Positions 25,501-36,144 of a stretch of DNA of 64,000 bases are shown here, piece after piece. The notes under the pieces were generated by a model. It worked only from the letters and a program-made list of their open reading frames with translations, had not been told where the DNA came from and did no database searches. The position numbers were made by a program, and so were the translations under genes. The stretch's first letter is position 1; each line of letters begins with the position of its first letter. Origin of the DNA: Chiloscyllium plagiosum (lineage: Eukaryota); contig NC_057719.1 in assembly GCF_004010195.1 (NCBI RefSeq), positions 12,989,727 to 13,053,726 on the forward strand. The letters run 5' to 3'.

Positions 25501-27170
25501 CAGTGCTGTAATCCTCTGTAGTTTGACCAATGAGGGTCTGTCAAAATAGGCTTCTCGGCTGCCTTCAACCGTGCTTCAAGGAGATGTTGTGCTCACCCTT
25601 CTGCTGCTTCCTACTTGTGGAATATGAAAAGTCCTGCAAGATTTCGAGAGCTGGTTCACCAGGTCCTGGAGAGTAATCGGCTATGAGGCTGCCGCAGGCT
25701 GAGCTGCAGGCCCAGCCTCAGATGCTCCTCCTCCCTTTTTAGGCATTTCTGGACAGCTGAAAATACAGGTAAGTCAATTTTTAAAAAATTTCTTGGGTCT
25801 CCACAATCTTTCCAACACCCCAAGAAATCCTGATGACCTGGGTTGGGTGGTTAAAGGACCGTCCTGCTCCTGCTGCGATGCGAAGCTCTGCAGTGTGATC
25901 TTCTCAGATTGCTGCCATCTTAGATCCCCCATGCCTCACAAATCTTATTGAGTTCTTTGAGGAGGTGTCAAGACAGATTGACGAAGGTCGAGCAGTGGAT
26001 GTGTGTATATGGATTTCAGCAAGGCATTTGATAGGGTTCCCCATGGTAGGCTCATTCATAAAGTCAGGAAGTATGGGATACAGGGAGATTTGGCTATCTG
26101 GATTCAGAATTGGCTGGCTGACAGAAAGCAGAGTGGTTGTAGATGGAAAGTATTCTGCCTGGAGGTTAGTGATGAGTGGGGTCCTGCAGGGCTCTGTTCT
26201 TGGGCCTCTGCTCTTTGTAGTTTTTATAAATGACTTGGATGAGGAGGTTGAGGGGTGCGTTAGTAAATTTGCAGATGACACAAAGGTTGGAGAAGTCGTC
26301 GATAGTATAGAGGGCAACTGCAGGCTGCAGCACGACATAGACAGGATGCAGAGCTGGGCTGAGAAATGCGAGATGGAGTTCAACCTGGATAAATGCGAAG
26401 TGATGCATTTTGGAAGGTCGAACTCGAATGCTGAATATAGGATTAAAGACAGGATTCTTGGCAGTGTGGAGGAACAGAGGGATCTGGGTGTGCAAATACA
26501 TAGATCCCTCAATGTTGCCACCCAATTGGATAGGATTGTTAAGAAAGCATATGGTGGTTTGGCTTTCATCAATAGGGGGATAGTGTTTAAGAGCCGTGAG
26601 GTTTTGCTGCAGCTCTACAAGTCCCTGGTGAGACCACACTTGGAATATTGTGTCCAGTTCTGTTCGCCCTACTATAGGAAAGATACAGAGGCTTTGGAGA
26701 GGGTGCAAAGAAGGTTTACCAGGATGCTGCCTGGACTGGAGGGCTTGTCGTATGAAGAAAGGTTGAATTAGTTCGGACTTGTCTCTCTGGAGAGAAGGAG
26801 GAAGAGAGGAGACCTGATAGAGGTGGACAAAATAATGAGAGGAATAGGTCGAGTCAATAGCCAGAGACTTTTCCCCAGGGCAGGATTGACTGGTACGAGA
26901 AGTCATAGTTTGAAGATATTAGGAGGAAGGTATAAAGGAGACGTCAGAGGTAGGTTCTTTACGCAGAGAGTTGTGAATGCATGGAATGCGTTGCCAGCGG
27001 TGGTGGTAGAAGCAGAGTCATTGGGGACATTTAAGTGACTGCTGGACATGCACATGGATAGCAGTGAGTTGAGGGGTACGTAGGTTGTTACTATATTTTT
27101 CATTCGGATTACACCTTGGCACAACATCGTGGGCCTGAGGGCCTGTTCTGTGCTGTACTTTTCTATGTAC
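22560..27170 (+). mobile_element. CR1 LINE (RT to 3' end) interrupted by an L1 insertion
   Basis: PGNYRPVSLT/SQHGF before the L1; SCLTNLIEFF...DFSKAFD...FADDTK...WNALP after it. Confidence 0.9.
22734..25929 (-). mobile_element. L1-clade LINE, 3.2 kb, with both termini and internal deletions; TSD catgcctcacaaat (22720-22733, 25930-25943)
   Basis: ORF2 peptides DQTGF, LDAEKAFDRVEW, GSRQGCPLSPLLF, LYADD, C-terminal CPKC...HCLWSC; poly(A) end at ~22734; 5' end ggggatctaagatggc. Confidence 0.92.
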
Positions 27171-27659
27171 TATGAGGGGAATGTTGGCTGATGCCACAGT
27201 CAGAGACAAGAAAAAACTGCAGATGCTGGAATCCAAAGTAGACAGGCTGGAGGCTGGAAGAATACACAAGCCAGGCAGCATTAGGAGGTGGAGAAGTTGA
27301 TGTATCTGGTGTAACTCTTCTTCAGCACCAGGGGTGGGTGTAGGGGGAGCTGCAGATAAAGGGGGAGGTGGCGGCAGGGTGGTGAAGTGGGGATAAGTAA
27401 AGACAAATAGAGGGTATGAGCTGGTTGGTCACTGGGATGAATGAATCCGGGACACCACAGTCAACTCAGCAATAATCTCATGTCATGAAAGAGTAGTTTC
27501 AAGAGACTGATTTTCCTCCTGCTGCTGCTACCTCTCAGTGAGATGTGAACATCACGGTGAGAAATCTAGGGGAGAGTTTTAAGAGGGAACGAGTCACTTA
27601 AAATCCATTTATTCAACTGGAAGGACTCCAGCTGCAAACTCAGGTTTACACAATACAGT

Positions 27660-28395
27660 ATACTTGCCTTCATTGGACAGGGTATTGAGTATAAGAGCTG
27701 GCAAGTCATGTTAAAATTGTACAAGACATTGGTTCGGCCGTATTTAGAATACTGTGTACAGTTCTGGTCGCCACATTGCCAAAAGGATGTGGACGCTTTG
27801 GAAAGGGTGCAGAGAAGGTTTACGAGGATTCCTGAAGAAGGGCTTATGCCCGAAATGTCGATTCTCCTGTTCCCTGGATGCTGCCTGACCTGCTGCGCTT
27901 TTCCAGCAACACATTTTCAGTTACGAGGATGTTGCCTGGTATGGAAGGTGCTAGTTATGAAGAGAGGTTGATTAGGTTAGGTTTATTTTCATTAGAAAAA
28001 GGGAGATTGAGTGGGGACCTGATTGAGATTTACAAAATCATTAAGGGTATAGACAGGGTGGATAGAGACAAGCTTTTTCCCAGGGTGAAGGATTCAAGAA
28101 CGAGAGGTCACGCTTTCAAGGTGAGAGGTGGAAAGTTTAAGGGGGATATACGCGGCAAGTACTTTACACAGAGGGTGGTGGGTGTTCGGAATGCGTTGCC
28201 AGCAGAGGTGGTAGAGGTAGGCACGGTAGATTCATTTAAAATGCGTCTGGACAGATGCATGAGTAAGTGGGGAGCAGAGGGATACAGATGTTTAGGAATT
28301 GACCGACAGGTTTAGACAGTACATTTTGATAGGCTCAGGCTTGGAGGGCCGAAGGGCCTGTTCCTGCCTGTAACTTTTCTTTGTTCTTTGTTCTT
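27660..28395 (+). mobile_element. CR1 LINE 3' part with a nested Penelope mini-insertion
   Basis: LYKTLVRPYLEYCVQFWSP...; tail (ttctttg)n. Confidence 0.85.
27830..27920 (+). mobile_element. 91-bp Penelope mini-insertion starting at a hammerhead core; 10-bp TSD ttacgaggat (27820-27829, 27921-27930)
   Basis: Splits the CR1 FTRML codons; insert starts tcCTGAAGAagggcttatgcccGAAAtgtc. Confidence 0.85.
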
Positions 28396-28789
28396 TATTG
28401 AGCCATTCTCCCGCCCAGATATATTGAAGAACAAATGATTGAACAGGAACTTTTACTTTTTTTGAAATTCATTCATGGAATATGGGCATCACTGGCTTAG
28501 CCAGCATTTATTGCCATTTTCTACTTGCCCCAGCGGACAGTTCAGAGTCAGTCACCATTACTGTGGGTCTGGAGTCACATACAGGCCTGACCAGGTAAGG
28601 ATGGCAGATTTCATCCCTTAAGGGACATTAATGAACCAGATGAGTTGATTTTACAACAATTGACAGTGGTTGCAATTAAACTATTTTTTTAATTTCAGGT
28701 TTTTGTATTATTTCTAAATGTCAAACTCAAATTTCACCATCTCTATGGCAGGATTTGAACCCAAGTTCTTCAGAGTACTGAATGAAAAA

Positions 28790-29145
28790 AATCCCCAAAG
28801 AACTGCAGATGCCAGAAGTGAAGAACCACAGCAAAAATTGCTGGAAAAGCTCAGCAGGTCAGGTGAATTGGCAATGCTACATTGTCCATAGTTGTTAGGT
28901 GCATTAGTCATGGGGGTTGCGGTGGGATACTTCGGAGGGTCGGTGTGGACTTGTTGGGCCGAAGGGCCTGTTTGCACACTGTAGGGAATCTAATCTAATC
29001 TTATCTAATCTAAAGGTCAGGTGACATCTGTAGCAAGCAAGTTAATGTTTCAGCTCCAGTTATGAAGAAGGGTCATTGGACCTGAAACATTTCTCTCCAC
29101 CAGTGCTGTCAGATCTGCTGAGTTTTTCCAGCAATTTTTGTCTTT
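28790..29145. mobile_element. Penelope inverted repeats with a nested SINE 3' part (28858-29012)
   Basis: Inverted arms and (taatc)n tail. Confidence 0.65.
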
Positions 29146-29245
29146 ATTTTTCAGAGTACTAGTCTGAGGCTCTGTATTGCTAGTCGAGTGACATTACCAC
29201 TGTGTTATCACCTCCTAGTGGTTTCACTGAGCATTGCAATGAGAG

Positions 29246-29266
29246 TTCTGCTTTATTTCCACAGGA
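29246..29266 (+). other. VRTN: 3' splice acceptor immediately upstream of the VRTN ATG (exon starts 29265)
   Basis: ttctgctttatttccacag|gaATG; fits the known VRTN layout of non-coding first exon plus one coding exon. Confidence 0.8.
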
Positions 29267-31291
29267 ATGCCTCAAAGGAGTGAATTGATAGAAGCCTTAC
29301 ATTGTAAACTGCAGGAAGCCACCGAATGTGCAGAGTTTGATTTCCTCCGAGCTGTGACCGTGGATGTGGATAAACTGCTATCGAGCTTGCCTGTGCCCCT
29401 GCTCTCCAGGAGGACGCTCCCCCCAGAAACTGAGCTGGACACCAAGGCGAGAGCTCTCTACCCTGAGGATGCCCCAGCGGGCATGGTGCCGTTGGCCTGC
29501 GTGGGTGAGGGGAACCATCTGTTTGAGGCAGCCAGCATGCTGCTGAAAGGGGACACCAGCCTGAGCACGGAGCTGCAGCTGAGGACGATGGTGGAGATGG
29601 TCCTCCACAAGCAGTACTACCTGAAGGGCATGATCGACTCCAAGGTGATGCTGCAGGCTGCCAGGTACTCGCTGTGCACCGAGGAGTCGGCTGAGAAGAT
29701 GAACCTGCCCATGGACATCCTGGAGGCCATCTTTGACGCTGATGTCAAGGCGACCTGCTTCCCGGGCACCTTCGCCAACATGTGGCACGTCTACGCCCTG
29801 GCGTCGGTCCTGCAGAGCGACGTTTACTCCATCTATCCCATGAGCAACCTGAAGATCCGCCCCTACTTCAACCGCCTGATCCGTCCCCGGAGCCGGGCCC
29901 CTGGGTCAGAGCTGCGGACGTTGCACATCATGTGGGCGGGGGAGCCGCTCTCCCAGGCGGTCTTCAAGCCCCAGTATTTCGCGCCAGTGGTCCCCGCCCA
30001 GGAGCTGAGGGGCCAAGAGGCCGGCGAGACCCTCCTACCCCTGAAGACCTTGGAGCTTCTCAACGCAGAGCCAGATATCTCCTACTCCATGCTCCGGGAG
30101 AAGTACAGCATCACCAAGAGTACCTTCTACCGCTGGAAGAAGCAATCCCGCGAGCGGCGACGGAAAGCCGCCACTCGCTACGAAGCCAAGCACTACCTGC
30201 AGGAGTCCTTCAGTGGAGGCAACTTCCTACCCCTGCAGCAGTTCCGAAGCCACTTCCCGGAAATCTCCCGCTCCACCTACTATGCCTGGAAGCACGAGAT
30301 GCTGACGGCGGGCACTGGGCCAGGAGGGGGGCATCGGCCCGGGCGGGAGCGGGGATTTGACCAGGGCAGTGAGCTCGGGCGGGGTGACCGCAAGCCTCTG
30401 CCACCCAAGGCCTTGCAGAGTGAGAGCGTGGACCTCTCCAAAGCGGCCTGCGGCAGCGGCCTCGCCCCCTTTAACGGCCAGCGGTCACCTTCGAAGCAGC
30501 TGGCCAAACGTTTCCTCAGGGAGTGCGTCCTCCTCAACATGTGCCCCCCTTACAAAAGCTTCAAGAAGACCTACCCCTGGGTCTCCAGATCCAGCTATTA
30601 CAACTGGAGGAGGGAGGCAATAAGCCACCTGGACACTCGCAGCACCCTACCCCATTCTGGTCTGCACTGGGCACTGCCCGCCCAGCGTCGTGAAATCGGC
30701 GCCCCCGGTCTAGTGCCCAGTGTCAGGGGTGAGGTGGAACGCAGTGGCAGGGTCGGAATTAGCTCGCTCCATGCTGGGGTGATGGCTGCTGGCAAGGCCT
30801 CCTACTGGCAGAAGGTGAGGCCAGGGGAAGCCAAGAAGCGGGCGCAGATGTGGCAGATCCCCCTGTCCACGTTCCGGGTGAGGTACCCATCCATCTCCGC
30901 CCTGACCTTCCTGTGGTGGCGTAGCTCCTCCGCGTTCAGGAGGGCCAAGCTGAAGGTCAGCCACCCGCAGAAGGAAGGGATCTCGGTCGAAACCAAAGAG
31001 GGTGTGGAGCGGGCACAGTCGCAATCGGAGGAGGGAGTCCTGAGTCCCGGTGGCGTGACGGTCTCGGACTGTGCGATCCCGCGGGAGCAGGTCAAGCACC
31101 CGCTGGTCGTGGGCACCTTACACGGGGCAGCCTCCAAAGCCAAGGCCAAGCTCTTCCTTCAGCGCCGCTACATTTCTAAGAACTTCCCGACATTCCGGGA
31201 GTTCAGCAGCTACTTCCCCCTGACGCCCCGCTCAACATATTACATGTGGAAGCGAGCGCTGAGTAATGGGATGATGCTGATGGATTGCTGA
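29267..31291 (+). CDS. VRTN: Vertnin, 674 aa, single coding exon; N-terminal OTU-like region plus repeated HTH-like SRSTYYxWK motifs
   Basis: Long intact GC-rich ORF. Segments such as ARALYPEDAP, LQLRTMVEMVLHKQYYLKGMIDSKVMLQAARYSLC, AIFDADVKATCFPGTFANMWHVYALASVLQ, IYPMSNLKIRPYFNRLIRPR and FPEISRSTYYAWKHE are recognisable from vertebrate vertnin. Confidence 0.95.
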   Translation: MPQRSELIEALHCKLQEATECAEFDFLRAVTVDVDKLLSSLPVPLLSRRTLPPETELDTKARALYPEDAPAGMVPLACVGEGNHLFEAASMLLKGDTSLSTELQLRTMVEMVLHKQYYLKGMIDSKVMLQAARYSLCTEESAEKMNLPMDILEAIFDADVKATCFPGTFANMWHVYALASVLQSDVYSIYPMSNLKIRPYFNRLIRPRSRAPGSELRTLHIMWAGEPLSQAVFKPQYFAPVVPAQELRGQEAGETLLPLKTLELLNAEPDISYSMLREKYSITKSTFYRWKKQSRERRRKAATRYEAKHYLQESFSGGNFLPLQQFRSHFPEISRSTYYAWKHEMLTAGTGPGGGHRPGRERGFDQGSELGRGDRKPLPPKALQSESVDLSKAACGSGLAPFNGQRSPSKQLAKRFLRECVLLNMCPPYKSFKKTYPWVSRSSYYNWRREAISHLDTRSTLPHSGLHWALPAQRREIGAPGLVPSVRGEVERSGRVGISSLHAGVMAAGKASYWQKVRPGEAKKRAQMWQIPLSTFRVRYPSISALTFLWWRSSSAFRRAKLKVSHPQKEGISVETKEGVERAQSQSEEGVLSPGGVTVSDCAIPREQVKHPLVVGTLHGAASKAKAKLFLQRRYISKNFPTFREFSSYFPLTPRSTYYMWKRALSNGMMLMDC

Positions 31292-32977
31292 GATCTAAAG
31301 GTCAATGGGGAGTGGTTGACCACTGATGCCAAGGGGGCGCTGGTCCCATTCGCATATCATTCACCACAACACTGGAGAGCTATCAAAATCCCAAGGAATC
31401 TTTCTGTTTGAACTGCAAATTTGAGACAAATAACATCTGCGGTATTTCCACGGAATTCCTGAAGTCCTTGCAGGACACTGTGCTAAATGACATGAGATAT
31501 TTTGGTTAAGTGCTGAGGAGTTATGATGCCAATCCTAAAGATTCAATGGCTGGATGATTTGAATGGGAGATAGCGGATTGAGTGATGTGAATCTGGCCAT
31601 TATACTTGACCTCCAGTCCTACACGCATCGTGACAGCAGGGGGCTACAAGGGATGGGTAATAAATGCTGTCTAGCCAGGTTCACCTGCATCTGGAGATCG
31701 AATCTATTAAAGATCATATTGTGCACCAACACGGTAATTCACATCACATTGGAAACAACATTGAAACAGAATAGTGCTGATTTGGATTGAGAATGAATTA
31801 AAAAGCACAGCTCCTTTCGGCAGCATCTGTAACTTTAAACTGTTTCAGATCATTGGCCAGTTCTGGTGAAAGGTCACTGACCTTTTCCCATAAATTGTGG
31901 GTATTGCTTACTAGGCCAGCATTTATTGCAAATCTCTCATTGAAGGGGAAAGCTAACAATAATATTGGAGTCACATGGAGGCCAGACTGGGTAAGGATGG
32001 CAGATTTCTTTCCCTAAAGGAGTGAACTAGATGTGTTTTTACAACGATGGTTTACATAGTCACAATGAAGATGTCTTTCAACTCCAGATTTTTGTTGGAA
32101 TTCAAATGTCACCATTGTGGAATGCCCCACAGAAATATTAGCCTGGGGTTCTGGATTACAAACCCCATGGCATTACCGTTGCCCTCCTGAAACTGTGAAC
32201 TTTGTGACTCTCGACAGTTGCTGTCTGACTTGCTGAGTATTTCCAGCTTTAAACACATCAACAAGAGTTTTCCACTTACTTCTCAATGACCAGCAGTTGT
32301 AATTTACAGCTGGTCATACAGTATTACTGAGAAAGTCAAGATTATTTTTGGTCCAGGAATTGCAGTTCCATCTCAGGTTTAGCAGTTGATCAATGCTTTT
32401 ATAACTCAGGGTACCAGGACACTTTTAGCCCAGTCATGGGTTCACACAAACACTACTTGTAGAATTATCCTGGTTAGCATAGAATGGTTACAGAACGCCA
32501 ATACTGGCTCACTGCAACAGCCATTCACCTTGTCTTCTGCCCTTGCAGGTAGTTCAATTGGCTGGTTGGTGATGCAGGTAGAGCAGGTTCAGTTCCTCTA
32601 TCAGACAAAGGTCCTACCTTCTCAACCTCACCTCAGGCATGGTGACCCTCAGGTTAAACACTCTATTAGCCATCTCTCTGTAATGAGAGGATGGGACTAT
32701 GGTGATGTTGGCCATTTTCTTGTGCTACAGAGAGAGTAATTGAAATACTTTAACGGTACTCTGTTACTTTCTAAATACCTTAGATTTTATTGTACTGAAA
32801 ACTTCAGAATTCTTTAGTGTTGCTACCTCATGTTATTTAATTCTAACTTTATCCTCTCGGTCTGATTAACCAATTGAAGAGTGATTGTAATTATTGCACA
32901 CTGATTGTAATGTTGGCTGTGAATTATTCTGCTTCCACAACATAAAAAAAAACCAATTTATACATTTCTTTGCAAGT

Positions 32978-32983
32978 AATAAA
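32978..32983 (+). other. Candidate VRTN polyadenylation signal AATAAA
   Basis: Follows U-rich unique sequence about 1.7 kb after the stop; motif only. Confidence 0.25.
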
Positions 32984-33439
32984 ATTGCATGATGTTACAC
33001 AGGCATTATGAAGCAAAGTTGGCACTGAACCACTGGAGGAGATACATTGTAGGATGATCAAAATCTTCGTCAGTATCTGAAAGGGGGCAAGTGAAGTGGG
33101 AGAAGTTCAAGTTGCTTCTCTTGAAATTGCAGGACCGAAACAACAATTAGAATGCCAGAGAGCCTAATGGCTTTAATAAGGACGAGGACCATCATTCTCT
33201 CTTCACAGATGCTGGAAGGCTTGCCAAAGGTTCACATGTTTTCTGATTTTATTTCCAATGAATGCAATATGTCTGCTAAAACCTCGAAACTTCTGCTGGT
33301 GGTGGTACTGAACTTTGAGGGTTAGACTAGCTGAGCAGCGACACCTATAGGAAAGCAGCTGCTCTGCAGTGATCTGCTCCAAATTCACTTGTGTGTCCTG
33401 GTTAACCTGTCACTTTTAAACTCAGATAGCAATTACTGT

Positions 33440-34260
33440 GAAACTACACACATCGTCATACAAGGAGAGCCCTTGAGCCTGCTTTTCCACTGAATACGAT
33501 CACAGCTGATAGTTGCCTCAACTCCACTTTGTTGTCTATCCCACTCAAGAATCTTATTGAGCTCTGTCTGAAAAATCTTCAATGATCCTGCACCTACTAC
33601 ACTCTAGGGAAAGCAAATTGCACAGATTAGTCACCCTCTGATAGATAAACATTCACATCTCTGGTTTAAAAACAAGCTCCCTTATTTTTAAACTCTCCCC
33701 TAGTTCCAGCCTGACCCTCAAGGGAAAACATCTTCTCCACCCTGTCGAGATCCCTCAGGATGTAATATTTCAACATGCTTGCCTCCAGTGATCCTAAACC
33801 CTGGTGAACACTGTTCAAATTGTCTTCATAATTAAACTCCTTCATCCTATATCAAGTCCCTCAACTGTTTCTAATATAATTATGTGCTTTCTTAAATAAA
33901 CTCCCATCAAACAACTGTAGTGAAAATTTCCTACTTTTATATTTCATTCCCTTTCCAAGGAAACATTCGCATTTGCCTTCCTGGTAACTTGCTGTACCTT
34001 TGTACTAAAGTTATGTGACTCATATTGGAACTCCCAGATCTCTCTGTATTGCAGTATTTTGGATCCCCTTCTGTTTAAATAATAAGCTGCTTTGTTATTA
34101 AACCTGCCAAAGTGGATGATTTCACATTTTCCCACATTATACTCCATTTGCCAAATCTTTACCCACTCACTTAACCAATAAATATCCTTTAGATCTTATT
34201 CACAATTTATTTTCCTACCTATATTTGCATCATCTCCAAATGTAGTAGCTGTACATTCAC
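33440..34260 (-). mobile_element. Old CR1 LINE 3' part
   Basis: MEYNVGKCEIIHFGR peptide; degraded. Confidence 0.7.
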
Positions 34261-35391
34261 AAGTCATTGAAATCGATTGTGAATAGCTGAAGCCTGTTGC
34301 TTGTTTTGTACAGGCAGAGGAGGTTTGGATGAGCTCAAATTTACCGAGGAAACATTGTGCATACATGCAGCAGAATTAATATAAGCAGTTGAGGGCCCTG
34401 AGTTCCCTGGAGAACTTTGTACCAGCTTTCCATTACTTAGTGCCTCACTTGTCATGTTCACATCAAATGTCAACAAGCAACACCTTTCCAATTCTATTTG
34501 TAAGGATTATGCAGGAAACATGACAATGGGAAATATAGCAATCCTTCTGTGCACAGCATGTTCCCACAGGCAACAGTGAGATGAAGGACTTCATAATCAT
34601 TACCTTTCGTAATGATGTTGGTTGAGCAGTGGGTTTTCAGTGAAGTAAGTAGTGTTCTTTCTTCTGAGCTAGAAATCCTGGGTTCAAGTCCCATTAAAGG
34701 ACTTGATGGACAAAGGAAGGTGCCTCAGGACAACAGGCCAAGCATCAAGCTGTAAATGCATCCAATGCTTTCCAATGGCCGGCACAAGAATGGAAGGGAC
34801 TTCCTGGTCAACAAATGGCAAGTCAATGTTGTAACTTCCCACAGACTGGCACAGAAGTCCTTGGTTGCCAAAGCTCTTTTCAGTGTGTGGTGTCTGGACA
34901 GGGATATTGGTTGAGGGGCAAAATATAGGGGAGAAATCACCTACTTTTTGAGAAGGTGCCAACCCCTTAAGCAGACATTTGTTTAGTGTCTTCTCCAACA
35001 GACATCACCACAGGCACTGAGGCCCTCCCGCAGCAGAGCCTAAGTACATTAGAGTTCTGTTTCTTGGAGTTTAGATGAATGAAAGGTGATCCCATTGAAA
35101 TAGACAAGATCCTAAAGGGATCTGATGGGATAGACGCTGAGAAATTGTTTCTGATGGTCAGCAAATCCAAAGGCAGGGGGACAACATCAGGATAAGAAGC
35201 CAATCATTTAGGATTGGGATGAAGGGAAACTTCTTCACTCAAAGAATTCTCTGCCCAGGGGATTGAGAATGCTCCATCCTTGAACATATTTTATACTTGA
35301 GATGGATTGAGTTTTAGGTGAAAGTGAGGACTGCAGATGCTGGAGATCAGAGTCTGGATTAGAGTTGTGCTGGAATAGCGCAGCAGGTCAG

Positions 35392-35435
35392 GCAGCATCC
35401 TGATGAAGGGCTTTTGCCCGAAACGTCGATGTTGT
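35392..35435 (+). ncRNA. Minimal type I hammerhead ribozyme motif (Penelope-associated)
   Basis: CUGAUGA (35400-35406), stem II GGGC-UUUU-GCCC, GAAA, C-GUC cleavage triplet; possible stem I gcagcauc/gauguugu. Confidence 0.65.
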
Positions 35436-35677
35436 CCCCCTGCTTAATCCAAAGGCAGGGGGACAACATCAGGATAAGAAGCCAATCATTTAGGATTGGG
35501 ATGAAGGGAAACTTCTTCACTCAAAGAATTCTCTGCCCAGGGGATTGAGAATGCACCATCCTTGAACATATTTTATACTTGAGATGGATTGAGTTTTAGG
35601 TGAAAGTGAGGACTGCAGATGCTGGAGATCAGAGTCTGGATTAGAGTGGTGCTGGAAAAGCGCAGCAGGTCAGGCAG

Positions 35678-35712
35678 CATCCTGATGAAGGGCTTTTGCC
35701 CGAAACGTCGAT
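35678..35712 (+). ncRNA. Second minimal hammerhead motif
   Basis: CUGAUGA at 35682, identical core. Confidence 0.6.
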
Positions 35713-36053
35713 TTTCCTGCTCCTCGGATGCTGCCTGACCTGCTGTGCTTTTCCAGCACCACTCTAATCCATGGATTGAGTTATGTTTTCTCAGGGAATT
35801 AAGGAAAATGGGGATTGATTGTGAAAATAGAGTCAATACTATCAGTCAGTCATGACCGTATTGAATGGTGATCCAGGCTTGATGTGCTAGATGGTCTGCT
35901 CCTATGTTTCACATTCTTGGATGGTTTACAGATAGAGCAGGAAACTCAGAATTGGTATGGAGCAGCAAGAGGCCACTCAGCTCAATATACCTCCGCTGAC
36001 GTCCTCAACCTCCTGACTGAGCAATGAGATGGTGCCTCCACTGACAGCGTATA

Positions 36054-36144
36054 CCCAGGGAAGAGGGGCCAGTCCATGTCCAGGGAAGAGGGGCCAGTCC
36101 ATGCCCAGAGAAGAGGGGCCAGTCCATGCCCAGGGAAGAGGGGC
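36054..36144. repeat. 25-bp tandem repeat, ~4 units (ccagggaagaggggccagtccatgY)
   Basis: aagagg recurs at 36061, 36086, 36111 and 36136. Confidence 0.9.

Larger units (their letters stand above)
35164..35712 (+). repeat. 282-bp-period tandem duplication (35164-35430, 35446-35712) with a 16-nt inverted junction; each unit is CR1 remnant plus Penelope repeat plus hammerhead
   Basis: Units differ at about 3 positions; gatgttgtccccctgc (35428-35443) is the reverse complement of 35455-35470. Confidence 0.9.

Noticed and set aside
1..29000. ABCD4 coding exons expected by mammalian synteny
   Set aside because: No ABCD4-like peptide was recognisable, and the candidate exon at ~3044-3114 could not be matched to it.
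29364..31149. Overlapping and antisense ORFs inside VRTN
   Set aside because: Expected shadows of a GC-rich coding sequence; no independent evidence.
33203..34998. Short ORFs downstream of VRTN as exons of SYNDIG1L or another gene
   Set aside because: No recognisable homology and no consistent splice-phase chain.
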